NCBI GenBank assembly: GCA_951406725.2
Contig: OX597836.1
Coordinates: 30,318,001 to 30,382,000 of the forward strand
Length of the DNA: 64,000 nucleotides
From: Octopus vulgaris
Lineage: Eukaryota
Reading direction: 5' to 3'
Below the pieces are notes generated by a model that was not told the origin of the DNA, made no database searches, and saw only the letters and a program-made list of their open reading frames with translations. Positions 62,960 through 64,000 of the stretch are shown in pieces. Position 1 is the stretch's first letter. The number at the start of each line of letters is the position of its first letter. Position numbers and translations under genes: made by a program.

Positions 62960-63950
62960 CTAACCAATTACCACAAATCATTGAACTTGAGCTAAAGTTT
63001 GCCTTGATTTCCCTGTCTGTGTGGATTAACATATCTCGAGAGAATGGTAACTTATTCGCTCTCTTCAACTGTTTTTGATATATGCTTCTACCATCTCTCT
63101 TCCATTGGTATTTCATAAGGCTGGCATTTTTATATGCCATGGCTTATTAAGCACAAACACATGCTGAGACTGCCATATATCCAGTTTGTGAAGCATATAT
63201 TTTCATATTTCATTCTCAGTAAAACGAAAGCCAAGTTTGAGTGTTTCGCATCCGATTTATTTTCAAGGATTCAGTCCTCTGCTAGTCTGGCAATGCAACT
63301 AGTGGTATATCAACCCTTGCAATCTAGAGAGGGTTACTGGTGGCCATGAAAGACAATATTCTTGGGGTGACCGAACAACCTACTTCAGAGAACTTTCGGC
63401 TTGAAACTATGGACAACTACCAAAAATCCCTGGCCTAGAGGCATTGTCAGCTTGGGAGATAAACACTAAAGTCACAGTAGATTCATTAGCTGGACCTGTG
63501 TGAAAAACACTAATGGAGATAAATCTACTTTACAAACACTCATTCAGTGCCCAGATATTGCTCACTTGTGGAATTATGTGAAACAGTTGTTATTGTCAAG
63601 TGTAATATGGATCTGGCTTTCAGCTAAGTCCATAGCAAGGATCACCCCCCCCACTTTCTTCCCTTGATTGGAAAGGGCAGATAATTTCCTCTGTCTGGTG
63701 GGCATGGCTAAAGACAAAGTATGAGGGACAAGATGGATAGGACCGAAGAGAAGCATTTCCTCTTTGGTCAAGCCCTCAACAACTTTTCCAAATTGCACTT
63801 GGTGAAAAAGGGGAAAGGTACTGAAGGAAATGGTACCCTCCAGTGATTTTTCTGAAAGTCAAGTGAGGGTAGCAAGAATGGCACTTGCTCTTGAGAATCA
63901 GAATAATCCAAGATCAGCGGGATTACTTGGGTAGCTCTTGTAGCCATTCT
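62960..63950 (+). pseudogene. Tx1/L1-like LINE ORF2 C-terminal remnant
   Basis: MPWLIKHKHMLRL; zinc-knuckle remnant QCPDIAHLWNYVKQLL (~63543-63590); many stops and frameshifts. Confidence 0.55.
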
Positions 63951-64000
63951 CCTGTTGGGATGTGCCGTTTCATATCATTTGTAAATCATTGTTTTCCAAG

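Overview
AT-rich, repeat-dense eukaryotic DNA with no intact long ORF. The repeat repertoire (tRNA-derived SINEs, RTE LINE tails ending in (GAT)n, abundant (TA)n/(TG)n tracts) is what I recognise from Octopus (coleoid cephalopod) genomes; this assignment is inference. The window reads as intronic or intergenic. Most ORF-track entries are microsatellite or repeat artefacts. Recognisable content: a DD37E (TRT-type) Tc1 element with ~350-bp inverted ends, an internally deleted mariner, TA-, TTAA- and hAT-type MITEs, a short Helitron enclosing a SINE, decayed RTE, CR1, Tx1/L1-like and Penelope-like retroelement fragments, and at least three SINE groups. A few short splice-site-flanked segments may be host exons (low confidence). 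The most interesting signals are RNA-structural and modular: minimal hammerhead-ribozyme-like motifs in two dispersed repeats, a tandemly repeated compact H-type pseudoknot in the RTE 3' UTR, SINE heads carrying swapped tails, and tail-to-tail inverted repeats that could be ADAR substrates. I found no evidence of a new protein-coding system. All calls are by eye; coordinates of decayed repeats are approximate.
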